Shown here: piece after piece, positions 38,252 to 48,363 of the stretch
Layout: each line of letters starts with the position of its first letter
Position numbering within the stretch: the first letter of the stretch is position 1
IMG/VR virus record: IMGVR_UViG_3300025645_000071
Coordinates: 1-63,180 of that record
Length of the DNA stretch: 63,180 bases
Direction: 5' to 3' (one strand)
From: a virus
Taxonomy: Duplodnaviria > Caudoviricetes
Notes under the pieces: generated by a model
The model's input: the letters and a program-made list of their open reading frames with translations, nothing else
Database searches by the model: none
What the model was told of the DNA's origin: nothing
Position numbers and translations under genes: made by a program

Positions 38252-41200
38252 ATGGAAGAAGAAGAGATCTTACAATACATTGAAACTCAACGTAATGGCG
38301 GCATGGCTGACAATAAAATCGGTATGCAATTACAGATGAAGGGGGTATCCAATTATACGGACTACTTAAAAAAAAAAGACGATACTTCAGGATCGCCCTC
38401 TGCTTCGGACGAGGAAGATACGGAATCAACGCAGAATACACCTATTCAGGGAGGACAAGGAGCTGGTTCTTCGGTTTTACCTGTAACACAAAATGATCCC
38501 ACTGTAAACACTCTTGTTAATGGAGAGCCAGATTTATCTATTGACCCTCTTACTGGTCAGGTAATACAGCCTTGGACAGATACTCCTGCAAATAGACAAA
38601 GATTAGAAATTGATCCAGTTCATTACGATGGATTTCAAAAAGCTGGATTTATTAAAGTTATGGAGGGATTAGACCCTTCGTATATAACACCAGAAATAGA
38701 AGCATCTTTTTTTGATTTTGCATCTAACAGTGGTCAATGGTGGTGGAATTCTGTTGGCGGGAATGTTGATGCTATATCAGCAGAATTAGCAAAAAATGAT
38801 GAGTATCTTTCTACCGCAGGTATTGAGGTGTCACCTACATCAACAGAATTTGGTGCAAACCCTATGTACATGAGTAATCTTCAAGGCTCAGGAATGGTTG
38901 CATCAATGCCTTTTATACCTAACCTTCCAAAACAAAAAACTGAAGAGCAGATAGCGTTTGAAAAAACAACCGCTGTAAAAAAATATTTAACCGAACAGCT
39001 TAATAATACAGTCGTAGAGTCTCTTCAAAGTAATATGCCAGCAGATATTAGCGGGAGCGAAGAAGCCTTGCTTTATATGGAGCAGTTTATGTTAGAGAAT
39101 TATGGCTCTATGCTTGATTTAACTGGTGAAGGCCAAGTAGGAAACACCCCTTTTTTACAATTTGACGGTTTTGAACCTAGCGGTTACATTGGTGCAGGTG
39201 GTTCAGGATATAGACCTAAATTTTCAGGATATATTGTAGACAAATTTGACGCTGCAGGTATTGATGTAATAAATGGAATTTACAATATGTTTGGGGGTGA
39301 CGCAAAAACAGTCGTTGAAATGAGAGAGAAGGCTGAAGAACTACGTGCAAACACTCTTCAGTTCACAGAAAGCATGAGTGGTAGTTTTACAGACGGTCAG
39401 TTTAAGAACGGCATGATGCAAATGGGTGGTTTTGTTAGTGAAGCTGCTCCAACTATGGCAATATTAATACCAGCAGCTACAGTTACTACAGTTGCCACTG
39501 GTGGAGCAGGCGCTCCGTGGTGGGTTACTGCGGGTATAATAGGTTTAGAGGGGGCGACATTAAGCACTACTATAGAAGCAGCAAGAACTCGTGAACACCC
39601 TATGTTTAAAAGGTACACAAAAGATGGTGTTACTATAGGGCATTATGAAATGATGGAAGCTACGGGAGGTGATCCAGAGTTAATGGCTAATTATGAAGAA
39701 AGTTTTGACGACTCAGCAAGAATGGGACATCTTAGTACTGTCTTTGCAACTGACTTTGTTGCTAGTGGTGCTACATCATTGTTCTTCTTTAAAGCTTTAA
39801 AAGGAGCTGGTATGCCTACCAATGTAGGGCCTAATATGAATGGATGGTGGAATGCTCACTTAACCAACATGGGGGTGTCTGTACCAGTAAATAGTGTTAC
39901 CGCATCTACCGCAGCTATGGTGCAATACATGAGCATGAATCCAGAAGCAACTCAAGACGAAGTTTTTGAAGTTGGAATGGATGTAGCTTTAGGTGTTGTT
40001 CCAATAACCTTAGGCGCTAGTGGAACTGGTTCTGCAATTAATTATGTTAATACAAAAGCGCAAATAGTAAATGCTTTAGCTAGAGACGCAGTTGGTAGAA
40101 GCGGAGGTAATGTCAGGATAAATCAACAACGAACACAATACTTAGAGACACTTAGAAATAGCAAGGATAATAACGCTGTAATCCATGCTGAGAGAATGTT
40201 GGTTCAATTAGAAGAGCAAAAACTCAGCACAATGGCTGCTGATGAATCATTCTACTTAAGAATGAATCCAGAGGACTACGAAACTATTGTAGGTCTTCAC
40301 AGAGATTACAATTCTTTGTTGCGTCAATTAAATCAAATGGATGACCCAGATTCACCTATGGGGAAGTCTTTGAAAACACAATTAGACGGAATTAAAGAAA
40401 AGAGGCTTAATATAGAAAAATTATACGAAGTAGATGAATCTTCAATTGGAGATCCTACTATGCCCCCACCAGACATATTTGAACCTACAGTAACTGGGCC
40501 TGACGGAAAACCAACTCCATTAGCGTTTACACCTGGTTTATCTAAATGGTGGTATACTGAATTCTTTGATAAGTATGGGGATGTAAATTCACTACAAAGG
40601 TCTATTATGGAAGCCTTAGACACAGATAATACGGGTAAGAGAATTGAGCTTACTCAAGACTTTGAGGTGTTGCAAAAACTATCTACATCAAAGGCTGCTT
40701 TTCAGATTGAAGAAATGGTAAGGCTTAGGACTCAAGATGGGGGGTTAATACCTCAGTTACGAGAATTACAGAGAACCACATCTTCAGATCTGTACGAAGG
40801 GTTGCCAGATGTCTACGATAAAAACATTATAGGCCTTTATGATAGATGGGCTGTATCAAAATTTGCCCCAGAAAGAAACGCAAAAATTCTTGCTGACAAT
40901 CAAGCAGAATTAACTGCGTTAAAGTCTAAAGAAACTTTATCTTCTTCAGAGAAAAAACGAATAACATTTCTTGAAGAAAAAATTGCAGAAAGAAGAGGTA
41001 GTGGTATGGCTGACGAAGAAGCTGCCAGCTTTTTAAATTCCCTACCCGATGAACTAAAGGCTTCTTTTGAAAAAGTAAGAGAGGAGCATAGGTCGATTCA
41101 ACAAAACACTAGAGATGCTGCTTTAGAGTATGGTTTTATAGATCAGGCCATGTACGATAAACTTCAAACAACAGCTGAAAACTATGTAACCCTTACAGGT

Positions 41201-43510
41201 GATGGCATGAATTCTGTTGATGGAAATCTAACGTTAATTGATAATGATATAGTTCAAGCTATATTCCCACAAAGAGCTTCACAGGGTGGAGTGCCTGATA
41301 GCTATAGAAAAGCTTCTGGTCGTAGTGATGAGACTGGTAGTATATTAGGAAAAACTATAGATCAAAACACACAGGTACACGTAGCAGGACAAAAAAACGT
41401 AGCTCTTAAAGGGTTATATGAAATGTTATTAAACAATCCAAACTCTAAACACTACTCTATATCTGATGAAGGCAATTCAGCAGCTAAAAATACAGTAATG
41501 GTTTATGTAAATGGAGAAAAAAAGTTTATTACGTTTGCTAACGAAGCTTATGCAAAGCCTTTTAAAACTCAAGCTCCTAGCGATAACGAATCATATGTTA
41601 GGATTGTTCAACCTATGCAAAGATTATTTAGTAATGTACCTAAAATGTACACGCAATGGTCTACTACATTCTGGGCAGGTAATAGTGTAAGAGATTATCA
41701 ATCTTCTATAACAAACGCAATAAGCGCAGCAGAACAACAGTTTGGATATGCTTTAAATAACGCTGAAGGTCAACCCATAAATATAAAGCAGTTAGTTTCA
41801 GACTCTCACCTTTTGGGTAAAGGCGAGTACATACGTGCTTTTAAAGCCATCGCTAATGATGAGTTTGGTCCAGGCGGTGATATGCGAGGCCCAGAAAACG
41901 TGCTATACCAAGAGTATAAAGCTCATGGAGGAAAGACTGGATGGGCTTATAGAACGCCTTTACAAGATTTGTCTAAGCAATTGGCAGGCGAGATAGACGA
42001 TGGAATAAGAGGGCAAAAAGCTACACAATGGATGTATGACAATAGCTTAGGTCTTATTGAGTCTTTTAATAATACGTTTGAGAACGTCTTTAGATTTCAA
42101 GTATATAAAGGTTTAAGAAATCAAGGGGTTGCCCCAGACTATGCCGCAGCTGTAGCAAAAGACGTAAGTATAGACTTTAATAGATCGGGTAATACTACAC
42201 CGATGTTAAGCTCTATGAAGTTCTTTTTAAATGCTGGATTGCAAGGCGCTGACATGACCGTAAAGACTTCTACTGCATTAAAACCTAAAGTAGATGTTGA
42301 AGGAAATGTAAGAAACCCTATACAAAGATTAACGAACGCTCAGAAACTCCTAGGAGGAGCTGTTGGTTTTAGTTATATGTTGACTAATTTCAATCAATCT
42401 GTATCAGAAACAGATACGGACGGGGTTACTTTTTACGACAAGATTCCTGATCAAATAAAACAAAGAAATCATATAATGATGATTCCTGGCAGTCCTACAG
42501 GAGAAAAAGTTCTTATCCCTAAGGCTTATGGGTTTGGGGCGTTCAATGACTTAGGCGTTATGTTTGCTGAGGTTCAAAGCGGAGAAAGAGATCCTGCAGA
42601 CGCAGCTTTATATTGGGGCTCTTCTGCTATAACTAACATGTCCCCAGTACATTTTGGAACCGTAGGGGGTTCAGACGATCCGACAAAGTCTGTTAATCCA
42701 GTATCAACACCAGGCGAAATTGTTAGAGAGATTATTACTCCAGACCCTCTAGCCCCAATCATTGACGTTGCTACCAATGTAGATGGTTTTGGGAATACTA
42801 TAGCTGCAGAAGAAAAACCTGGAGTGGCTAGATCTTCTCAGGGGTATGATTCCCCAATTATTTTTGAACAGATTGCTCAGATTTTAAATTCAGCTACTGG
42901 TAGTGATGAGATAAGTGGACCTTTAGATTTTAACCCAGACCAATTAAACTATTTAATGCAAAGCTATTTAGGAAGTTCTTATACGATGTTTGGTGACGCA
43001 TCTGAAGGCATCTTGCAGGTGACTGCTGGGCAGGATCACGTAGACACATGGCCTATGATAAAGAAGTTTTATTCTGAAGATTTTGAATATTCAGCTTATG
43101 GAAAGTATTACGATAGCAAACAAGTTGTAAATTCATACTTAGCAGAATTTGGCAACGTAGAGGACCTTCTTGAAAATAAAGACAAACCTCTACCTAGTCG
43201 TGATGAAAGACTTGCTGATTATGCAGCTACAGAAACGGAGCCAGGAGGTGCTGCAACAAGGTATGGACATGCTTTAGGTATGGCTGAATTATTTTCAGAT
43301 ATTGAAACAGACATGAGAGAGATTACTGAAGCTAAAAAAATATTGCAAGAAAAACAAAGCGATCTAGGTTATCACATGTTTAACCTTGAGGTGGCAGACG
43401 AATGGGGAGGATTAGAAGATAAAATCTACAAACTAGAGCAAGCTGAAATGCTATTAATGGAAAAAGTTCTAAAAGAATATTATAAATTTTACAGAAAACC
43501 TGAAGAATAA
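38252..43510 (+). CDS. Giant ejection/internal virion protein with LPD38-like C-terminal region
   Basis: AKDVSIDFNRSG...FFLNAGLQG...YDKIPDQIK..N...IPKAYGF...N.DGFGNTI; hydrophobic segments in the N-terminal third. Confidence 0.7.
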   Translation: MEEEEILQYIETQRNGGMADNKIGMQLQMKGVSNYTDYLKKKDDTSGSPSASDEEDTESTQNTPIQGGQGAGSSVLPVTQNDPTVNTLVNGEPDLSIDPLTGQVIQPWTDTPANRQRLEIDPVHYDGFQKAGFIKVMEGLDPSYITPEIEASFFDFASNSGQWWWNSVGGNVDAISAELAKNDEYLSTAGIEVSPTSTEFGANPMYMSNLQGSGMVASMPFIPNLPKQKTEEQIAFEKTTAVKKYLTEQLNNTVVESLQSNMPADISGSEEALLYMEQFMLENYGSMLDLTGEGQVGNTPFLQFDGFEPSGYIGAGGSGYRPKFSGYIVDKFDAAGIDVINGIYNMFGGDAKTVVEMREKAEELRANTLQFTESMSGSFTDGQFKNGMMQMGGFVSEAAPTMAILIPAATVTTVATGGAGAPWWVTAGIIGLEGATLSTTIEAARTREHPMFKRYTKDGVTIGHYEMMEATGGDPELMANYEESFDDSARMGHLSTVFATDFVASGATSLFFFKALKGAGMPTNVGPNMNGWWNAHLTNMGVSVPVNSVTASTAAMVQYMSMNPEATQDEVFEVGMDVALGVVPITLGASGTGSAINYVNTKAQIVNALARDAVGRSGGNVRINQQRTQYLETLRNSKDNNAVIHAERMLVQLEEQKLSTMAADESFYLRMNPEDYETIVGLHRDYNSLLRQLNQMDDPDSPMGKSLKTQLDGIKEKRLNIEKLYEVDESSIGDPTMPPPDIFEPTVTGPDGKPTPLAFTPGLSKWWYTEFFDKYGDVNSLQRSIMEALDTDNTGKRIELTQDFEVLQKLSTSKAAFQIEEMVRLRTQDGGLIPQLRELQRTTSSDLYEGLPDVYDKNIIGLYDRWAVSKFAPERNAKILADNQAELTALKSKETLSSSEKKRITFLEEKIAERRGSGMADEEAASFLNSLPDELKASFEKVREEHRSIQQNTRDAALEYGFIDQAMYDKLQTTAENYVTLTGDGMNSVDGNLTLIDNDIVQAIFPQRASQGGVPDSYRKASGRSDETGSILGKTIDQNTQVHVAGQKNVALKGLYEMLLNNPNSKHYSISDEGNSAAKNTVMVYVNGEKKFITFANEAYAKPFKTQAPSDNESYVRIVQPMQRLFSNVPKMYTQWSTTFWAGNSVRDYQSSITNAISAAEQQFGYALNNAEGQPINIKQLVSDSHLLGKGEYIRAFKAIANDEFGPGGDMRGPENVLYQEYKAHGGKTGWAYRTPLQDLSKQLAGEIDDGIRGQKATQWMYDNSLGLIESFNNTFENVFRFQVYKGLRNQGVAPDYAAAVAKDVSIDFNRSGNTTPMLSSMKFFLNAGLQGADMTVKTSTALKPKVDVEGNVRNPIQRLTNAQKLLGGAVGFSYMLTNFNQSVSETDTDGVTFYDKIPDQIKQRNHIMMIPGSPTGEKVLIPKAYGFGAFNDLGVMFAEVQSGERDPADAALYWGSSAITNMSPVHFGTVGGSDDPTKSVNPVSTPGEIVREIITPDPLAPIIDVATNVDGFGNTIAAEEKPGVARSSQGYDSPIIFEQIAQILNSATGSDEISGPLDFNPDQLNYLMQSYLGSSYTMFGDASEGILQVTAGQDHVDTWPMIKKFYSEDFEYSAYGKYYDSKQVVNSYLAEFGNVEDLLENKDKPLPSRDERLADYAATETEPGGAATRYGHALGMAELFSDIETDMREITEAKKILQEKQSDLGYHMFNLEVADEWGGLEDKIYKLEQAEMLLMEKVLKEYYKFYRKPEE

Positions 43511-43941
43511 TGAGTAAGAAAATAAAAGAAACAAAACTAGGTGCTTGGTTAAAAGACAAAGCGCCTCAAGTATTAGGCGTAGTAGGAGACCTTCTCCCAG
43601 ATAGCGGTGGATTAGGAATAGTAAAAAACCTTATCGATCAAGATCCAAAGGTTGACTCTGAAGAAGCGCAACGTGTAATTGATGCGGAGGTACGCTTCCA
43701 AGAGAACGTCACAGAGCGATGGAAGGCGGATATGGGTAGCGACGTAAAGTTAGCTAAAATGATCCGTCCAGTAACGCTTATATGCCTTATGGCGATGTTT
43801 ATGGTTACTATGTTTATAGACAGCATGGATAACGTAGCATTTAATGTAAAAGACTCTTATGTATCTTTGCTTGAGTTATTAATGCTTACAGCGTTTGGTG
43901 CATACTTCGCTGGAAGAACTATAGAAAAGAAATCTAAGTAA
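43510..43941 (+). CDS. Putative holin (GTA 3TM holin-like)
   Basis: RWKADMGSD..LAKMIRP, then TM helices, AYFAGRTIEK. Confidence 0.75.
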   Translation: MSKKIKETKLGAWLKDKAPQVLGVVGDLLPDSGGLGIVKNLIDQDPKVDSEEAQRVIDAEVRFQENVTERWKADMGSDVKLAKMIRPVTLICLMAMFMVTMFIDSMDNVAFNVKDSYVSLLELLMLTAFGAYFAGRTIEKKSK

Positions 43942-46157
43942 TGATCCGTAAAGTACTAACAACCTTTGTTTTAAGCCTGCTTACTTTAAGTAGTGCTTTA
44001 TCTCAGGGTAGCTGGCTTGATGTTCAAATTCAAACAGATCAGTATGCTGGAGAAAGTTCTTGGCAAATACTTAGTAATTCAACGGTTGTAGCTGTGAGCC
44101 CTCCACTACAAAATAGTACTTTACAGAATTACATGGTTTTTTTACCAGCAGGCGATTATGAATTTATAATGATGGATTCTTTTGGTGATGGGATATGCTG
44201 TGGGTTTGGTGAGGGTTGGTATAGGATAAGTAATACTTGTGGTTTAGATACAGCGGTGTATGATTTTGACACAGCGCTAGACACTATACCTTTTACTTTG
44301 AACCCATGTATACCGCCAATTCCTGGCTGTACTGATCCAGTATCTAATAATTATAATCCTTGGGCTAATATTGACAATGGTAGCTGTAATGTGCTTGAAT
44401 GTGACTCAGCTGAAACTTTTGTTTCTATGGATTTGACATTAGATACGTGGCCTGGTGAGACTGGGTTTACGTTGGTTGATATAGCTAGTGGAGAGTTCTA
44501 TGATCAAGTTATACCTGGAGAGTTTGACTTTAGTGATCAGTCAGTTACGTACACTTACGATTTTTGCGTAAGCTTAGGTTTTGAGTTGATTTTAGTAGAT
44601 GAGTTTGGAGATGGATTAAATGGATATGCTTCAGGAGGACAAGACGGGGCGTGTGTAATAACGTCTTGCGATAGTATCATATGGGAGTTAGAAGATTTAG
44701 CATTTACTGAATTTGATGACGGTAATACAATGTACTCTGGTGCTATATTCCCTGAACCATGCCCACCAGCACCGCCTATTTACGGGTGCATGGATGATGA
44801 TTATGTAGATTACAACCCAGACGCTGAGTTGCCAGATACTTGTGAGACATTACATACGTGGGGCTGTACTAATCCTGAAGCATTGAATTACGACAGCACT
44901 GCAACTATAGCAGATCTTGTAGGCCCTTGTACAATACGGATAATACTAGAAGACGATGCTGCAGATGGATGGGGTAACTCTAAAATAGGCATGGTGCAGG
45001 GAGAGCAACAGTGGTTATTTACTGTAGGTCCTGGTGAGTTTTATCAGTCTTGGGATATTGTACTTGATTCAGATGAAGAGGTGGATATATATTACTTCCA
45101 AGCTGGTAATCAACAGCAATCGTCTCAAGAGCTTGCATTCCAAACACTCCATAATTCTGTACACGTTCTTAATGAAGCGGGAGACACTTTATTGTCTGAA
45201 GGTAGCAACCCTTTTATAAACAATGGTCAGAGTGCACTTCAACCATTTACAGGGCCAAATTGGACAGTTTATCACTTTACTCCTTTCTGTGGTGACAGCT
45301 GCATACCTTATGTATATGGGTGTACTGATGAATCAGCATGTAACTATAATTTAGAAGCTAACACAAACTCTGATTGTAATTATCCAGTCCAATATTATGA
45401 TTGTTATAACGCTTGCGTGAATGATGATGATAGTGATGGTGTGTGTAATGAGCTTGAAGTTGTTGGCTGTCAAGATCCTATGGCTTTTAATTATAATGCT
45501 TCAGCAACTGACGCTGGTGATTGCATTCCAGTAATATTTGGATGTACCGATCCAACTCAATTTAATTATAACCCAGAAGCTAACACAGAAAATGGAGGTT
45601 GCGTACCGTTTGTATATGGATGCATGAATCCAGACGCTTTTAATTATAATCCAGACGCTAACACAGAGCTTGAAGACTCTTGCATTGAAGTGGTTGTTGA
45701 TTGCATGGATCCTGATGCGTTTAATTACAATGAGTTAGCCAACACTGCTGATGAAGAAACTTGTTTATATGACGCAGGTTGTATAGGTGGTCCTGGCGAG
45801 CCATACTGGTTAAACGATGGATGTTATGCTTGGATCATAGATGTTGACCCATATTGTTGTGAAGTTGAATGGGATGGAGCCTGTATTGAGCTGTATGATT
45901 ATTGTGAGGCTGGATGGCCTACTGGTGTATATAATATACATGATGTATATAATGTATATCCTAATCCAGTAACAGATGTTTTAAATATACAAACCTCCTT
46001 AAATATAGTTACAGAGGTATACAATGTGTTTGGGCAGCTTGTAGTGTTTGGTACTAGAGAAAAGAGAATTGATCTTAGCAATCTACCCAAAGGCTTCTAC
46101 GAAGTTGTTATAAATTATAACGGAAGAATTGTAAATAAGAAAATTATAAAGTCATGA
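43941..46157 (+). CDS. T9SS type-A CTD secreted protein with Cys-rich repeats
   Basis: Sec signal peptide, eight [G/D]C.[D/N]...Y[N/D]..A repeats, and C-terminal VYPNPV...YN..GQ.V...IDLSNLPKGFY......KKIIK. Confidence 0.85.
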   Translation: MIRKVLTTFVLSLLTLSSALSQGSWLDVQIQTDQYAGESSWQILSNSTVVAVSPPLQNSTLQNYMVFLPAGDYEFIMMDSFGDGICCGFGEGWYRISNTCGLDTAVYDFDTALDTIPFTLNPCIPPIPGCTDPVSNNYNPWANIDNGSCNVLECDSAETFVSMDLTLDTWPGETGFTLVDIASGEFYDQVIPGEFDFSDQSVTYTYDFCVSLGFELILVDEFGDGLNGYASGGQDGACVITSCDSIIWELEDLAFTEFDDGNTMYSGAIFPEPCPPAPPIYGCMDDDYVDYNPDAELPDTCETLHTWGCTNPEALNYDSTATIADLVGPCTIRIILEDDAADGWGNSKIGMVQGEQQWLFTVGPGEFYQSWDIVLDSDEEVDIYYFQAGNQQQSSQELAFQTLHNSVHVLNEAGDTLLSEGSNPFINNGQSALQPFTGPNWTVYHFTPFCGDSCIPYVYGCTDESACNYNLEANTNSDCNYPVQYYDCYNACVNDDDSDGVCNELEVVGCQDPMAFNYNASATDAGDCIPVIFGCTDPTQFNYNPEANTENGGCVPFVYGCMNPDAFNYNPDANTELEDSCIEVVVDCMDPDAFNYNELANTADEETCLYDAGCIGGPGEPYWLNDGCYAWIIDVDPYCCEVEWDGACIELYDYCEAGWPTGVYNIHDVYNVYPNPVTDVLNIQTSLNIVTEVYNVFGQLVVFGTREKRIDLSNLPKGFYEVVINYNGRIVNKKIIKS

Positions 46158-46336
46158 AGATAGATTGGATAAACAGTTGGAATGCTGGTAACAAAAAAGA
46201 AAAGTATGAGATCAATATAAGAATAGGTACGGTTACTGTACTTGAGATTTCATTTTGCCCATGTCCTGCTTGTGAAAAGAAAGGTCATTGTAAAAGATTT
46301 AGATTTATGATTTTAAACTTTGGTTTTGAACTATGA
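46154..46336 (+). CDS. Small hypothetical protein
   Basis: 60 aa, translationally coupled, CPCPAC..C. Confidence 0.65.
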   Translation: MKIDWINSWNAGNKKEKYEINIRIGTVTVLEISFCPCPACEKKGHCKRFRFMILNFGFEL

Positions 46337-47430
46337 TGTCTCAAGAAGCAAATAATATTAAAAAAAGGTATAGAATTTACGAATTGATTCTTTACAGCGT
46401 TATTATGCTTGTAGTTTTTTTATTAGGAACAATTGACGTACAAGGACAAACTTTAAAAAAAACACTTAAGTTTGCTACATTTTACACAGCGTTTAGCGGT
46501 GGAAACTCTATAGCTGACGACAATATATACTCTATAACAAATGGGTTACAGACTGATATATTAAAAACTCCTTTTGATTATTCATTTACAGCTGGTGTAC
46601 GTAAAATTGCTAGATTCGGATACGAAAATAGAGCTAATGTGTTTTATGACGGAACAGAAAAGTCGTACAGCGATGCCGCTACGGTGGGTAAAGTAAAAGG
46701 CTTTGAGTTCTTATTCGAGGCGGACTGGCGTAGACAGCAGGGAACAAACTTCCTGGATCAAAATCATTTCCTGAGATACGTAGCTAAAAACTGGGTGACG
46801 AAGGTAGAGTATGTGCAGGACGGGTTTGCAGACGTTCAGTATTTTGAAGGTTCACAAAGGGGGAGATTAAAGATAAATGATCACCTTAGCTTTAACTTAG
46901 GGGTGGCTCAGCGTATATCTGAGCCTTACGGTTACGATGCTTTGGAGGAGTGGATGCTCTCTAACGGGAACTTACATTATACCAACCTAGCTATACAAGA
47001 GGGGTATACAGTTGATGTCCAGAATTCCGTGTATTATGAACCTAATGGCGATATATGTGCAGAGAGTTCTGATGTATGGGAGCAGGTTGTTATACCTGTA
47101 GTTTTAGATGACTACGTTTCTCGTAAAAGATCTGAGCTTCCGAACCAATGGAACTACTCTATGGTGGTTGGGTACGACTATTATAAATACTCTAAGGACT
47201 TCTGGTTTCATAGCTGGGCGGGTGTAATGCCTTACCATTTGCGGGTTGACAACGAATACTCTTATTTCGAAGCAACGGATGGGGCGCAGTGGGTGGATTA
47301 CGCTGGAGGCCTTATCTTTGGCTGGAGATTAAACAAGAGCCTCGGAATATTTCTTGAGGGAAAATATAACAAATACTGGAACAGGGAATGGCACGATTTC
47401 TCTGTTGGACTTAACTACGTAATATTATAA
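46333..47430 (+). CDS. Putative outer-membrane beta-barrel protein
   Basis: Signal-like N-terminus, aromatic alternating strands, ends DFSVGLNYVIL. Confidence 0.65.
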   Translation: MMSQEANNIKKRYRIYELILYSVIMLVVFLLGTIDVQGQTLKKTLKFATFYTAFSGGNSIADDNIYSITNGLQTDILKTPFDYSFTAGVRKIARFGYENRANVFYDGTEKSYSDAATVGKVKGFEFLFEADWRRQQGTNFLDQNHFLRYVAKNWVTKVEYVQDGFADVQYFEGSQRGRLKINDHLSFNLGVAQRISEPYGYDALEEWMLSNGNLHYTNLAIQEGYTVDVQNSVYYEPNGDICAESSDVWEQVVIPVVLDDYVSRKRSELPNQWNYSMVVGYDYYKYSKDFWFHSWAGVMPYHLRVDNEYSYFEATDGAQWVDYAGGLIFGWRLNKSLGIFLEGKYNKYWNREWHDFSVGLNYVIL

Positions 47431-47432
47431 AA

Positions 47433-47717
47433 ATGGCAAAGCAGATTGGAGAGGACACTAAAGTAACATTTGACCTAAAAACTATAGGATTAGGGGTGGC
47501 AGGGCTTGCGGCCCTTATTGGGATGTGGTTTACACTACAAGCAGATATAGCATTAGCTAAAGAATTGCCAGAGCCTTCTGATCCAGAAATTACACGTATG
47601 GAATTTGACATGAAAGATCAATTAGTAAGACAAACTATTATGTCTACACAAGAGGATGTTTCAGAACTTAAAACTGATTTAGATCGTATTGAAGAAAAAA
47701 TAGATAAACTAAAATGA
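47433..47717 (+). CDS. Single-pass membrane protein with coiled coil
   Basis: IGLGVAGLAALIGMWF, then heptads. Confidence 0.65.
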   Translation: MAKQIGEDTKVTFDLKTIGLGVAGLAALIGMWFTLQADIALAKELPEPSDPEITRMEFDMKDQLVRQTIMSTQEDVSELKTDLDRIEEKIDKLK

Positions 47718-48052
47718 AAAATTTAATCTACATATGTTTGTTTGCAGCTATATCTCTTGGTATGGGTATACCAGACTCAGGTGTTTGTGTCGTTGAGTTT
47801 AACGCAAGTTTTAATGCAGATAACAGTGTAGATTGGATAGACGAGTTAAGCGATTGCAAAGGTAGAAGGGTTGACATAGCTATTAATCCTGATTTACAAA
47901 AACAACATAAAATTGTAGTAGTCCCTACTATAATTGTATTTAATGATGGAGAGGAAGTAGAAAGGTTCCAAGCAAACATTATGATGCAATTGGAAGCTAC
48001 TAAAAACGAAGTGCAAGACGCTGTTGATGAAATCATAATGAGTAATTTTTAA
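47714..48052 (+). CDS. Exported thioredoxin-fold protein lacking CxxC
   Basis: VVEFNASFN where F.A.WC is expected; VVPTIIVFNDGEEVERF; signal-like N-terminus. Confidence 0.75.
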   Translation: MKNLIYICLFAAISLGMGIPDSGVCVVEFNASFNADNSVDWIDELSDCKGRRVDIAINPDLQKQHKIVVVPTIIVFNDGEEVERFQANIMMQLEATKNEVQDAVDEIIMSNF

Positions 48053-48363
48053 TGAAAGCTTGTAAGTGCGAACATAAAGAAATGAAGAAAGGAGGTAAGA
48101 CTCCTGCATGGACACGAAAAGAAGGTAAAGACCCGAAAGGTGGATTAAACCGAAAAGGTGTAGCTTCTTATCGTAGAGCTAATCCAGGCAGTAAGTTAAA
48201 GATGGCTGTTACTGGAAAGGTGAAACGAGGATCTAAAGCTGCTAAAAGACGTAAATCGTTTTGTGCTAGAATGGGAGGGATGAAAGGGCCTATGAAAGAT
48301 AGCAAAGGTCGCCCTACAAGAAAAGCTTTAGCTTTAAGAAAGTGGAAGTGTAGAAAAAAATGA
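48052..48363 (+). CDS. Basic conserved phage protein (DUF6321-like)
   Basis: PAWTRKEGKDPKGGLN...RRKSFCARM...ALRKWKC. Confidence 0.75.
   Translation: MKACKCEHKEMKKGGKTPAWTRKEGKDPKGGLNRKGVASYRRANPGSKLKMAVTGKVKRGSKAAKRRKSFCARMGGMKGPMKDSKGRPTRKALALRKWKCRKK

Noticed and set aside
38252-43510. Virion RNA polymerase (N4- or crAss-like)
   Set aside because: I found no DxDxD or T7-like polymerase motifs, and the C-terminus looks LPD38-like. A structure search is needed to exclude it fully.
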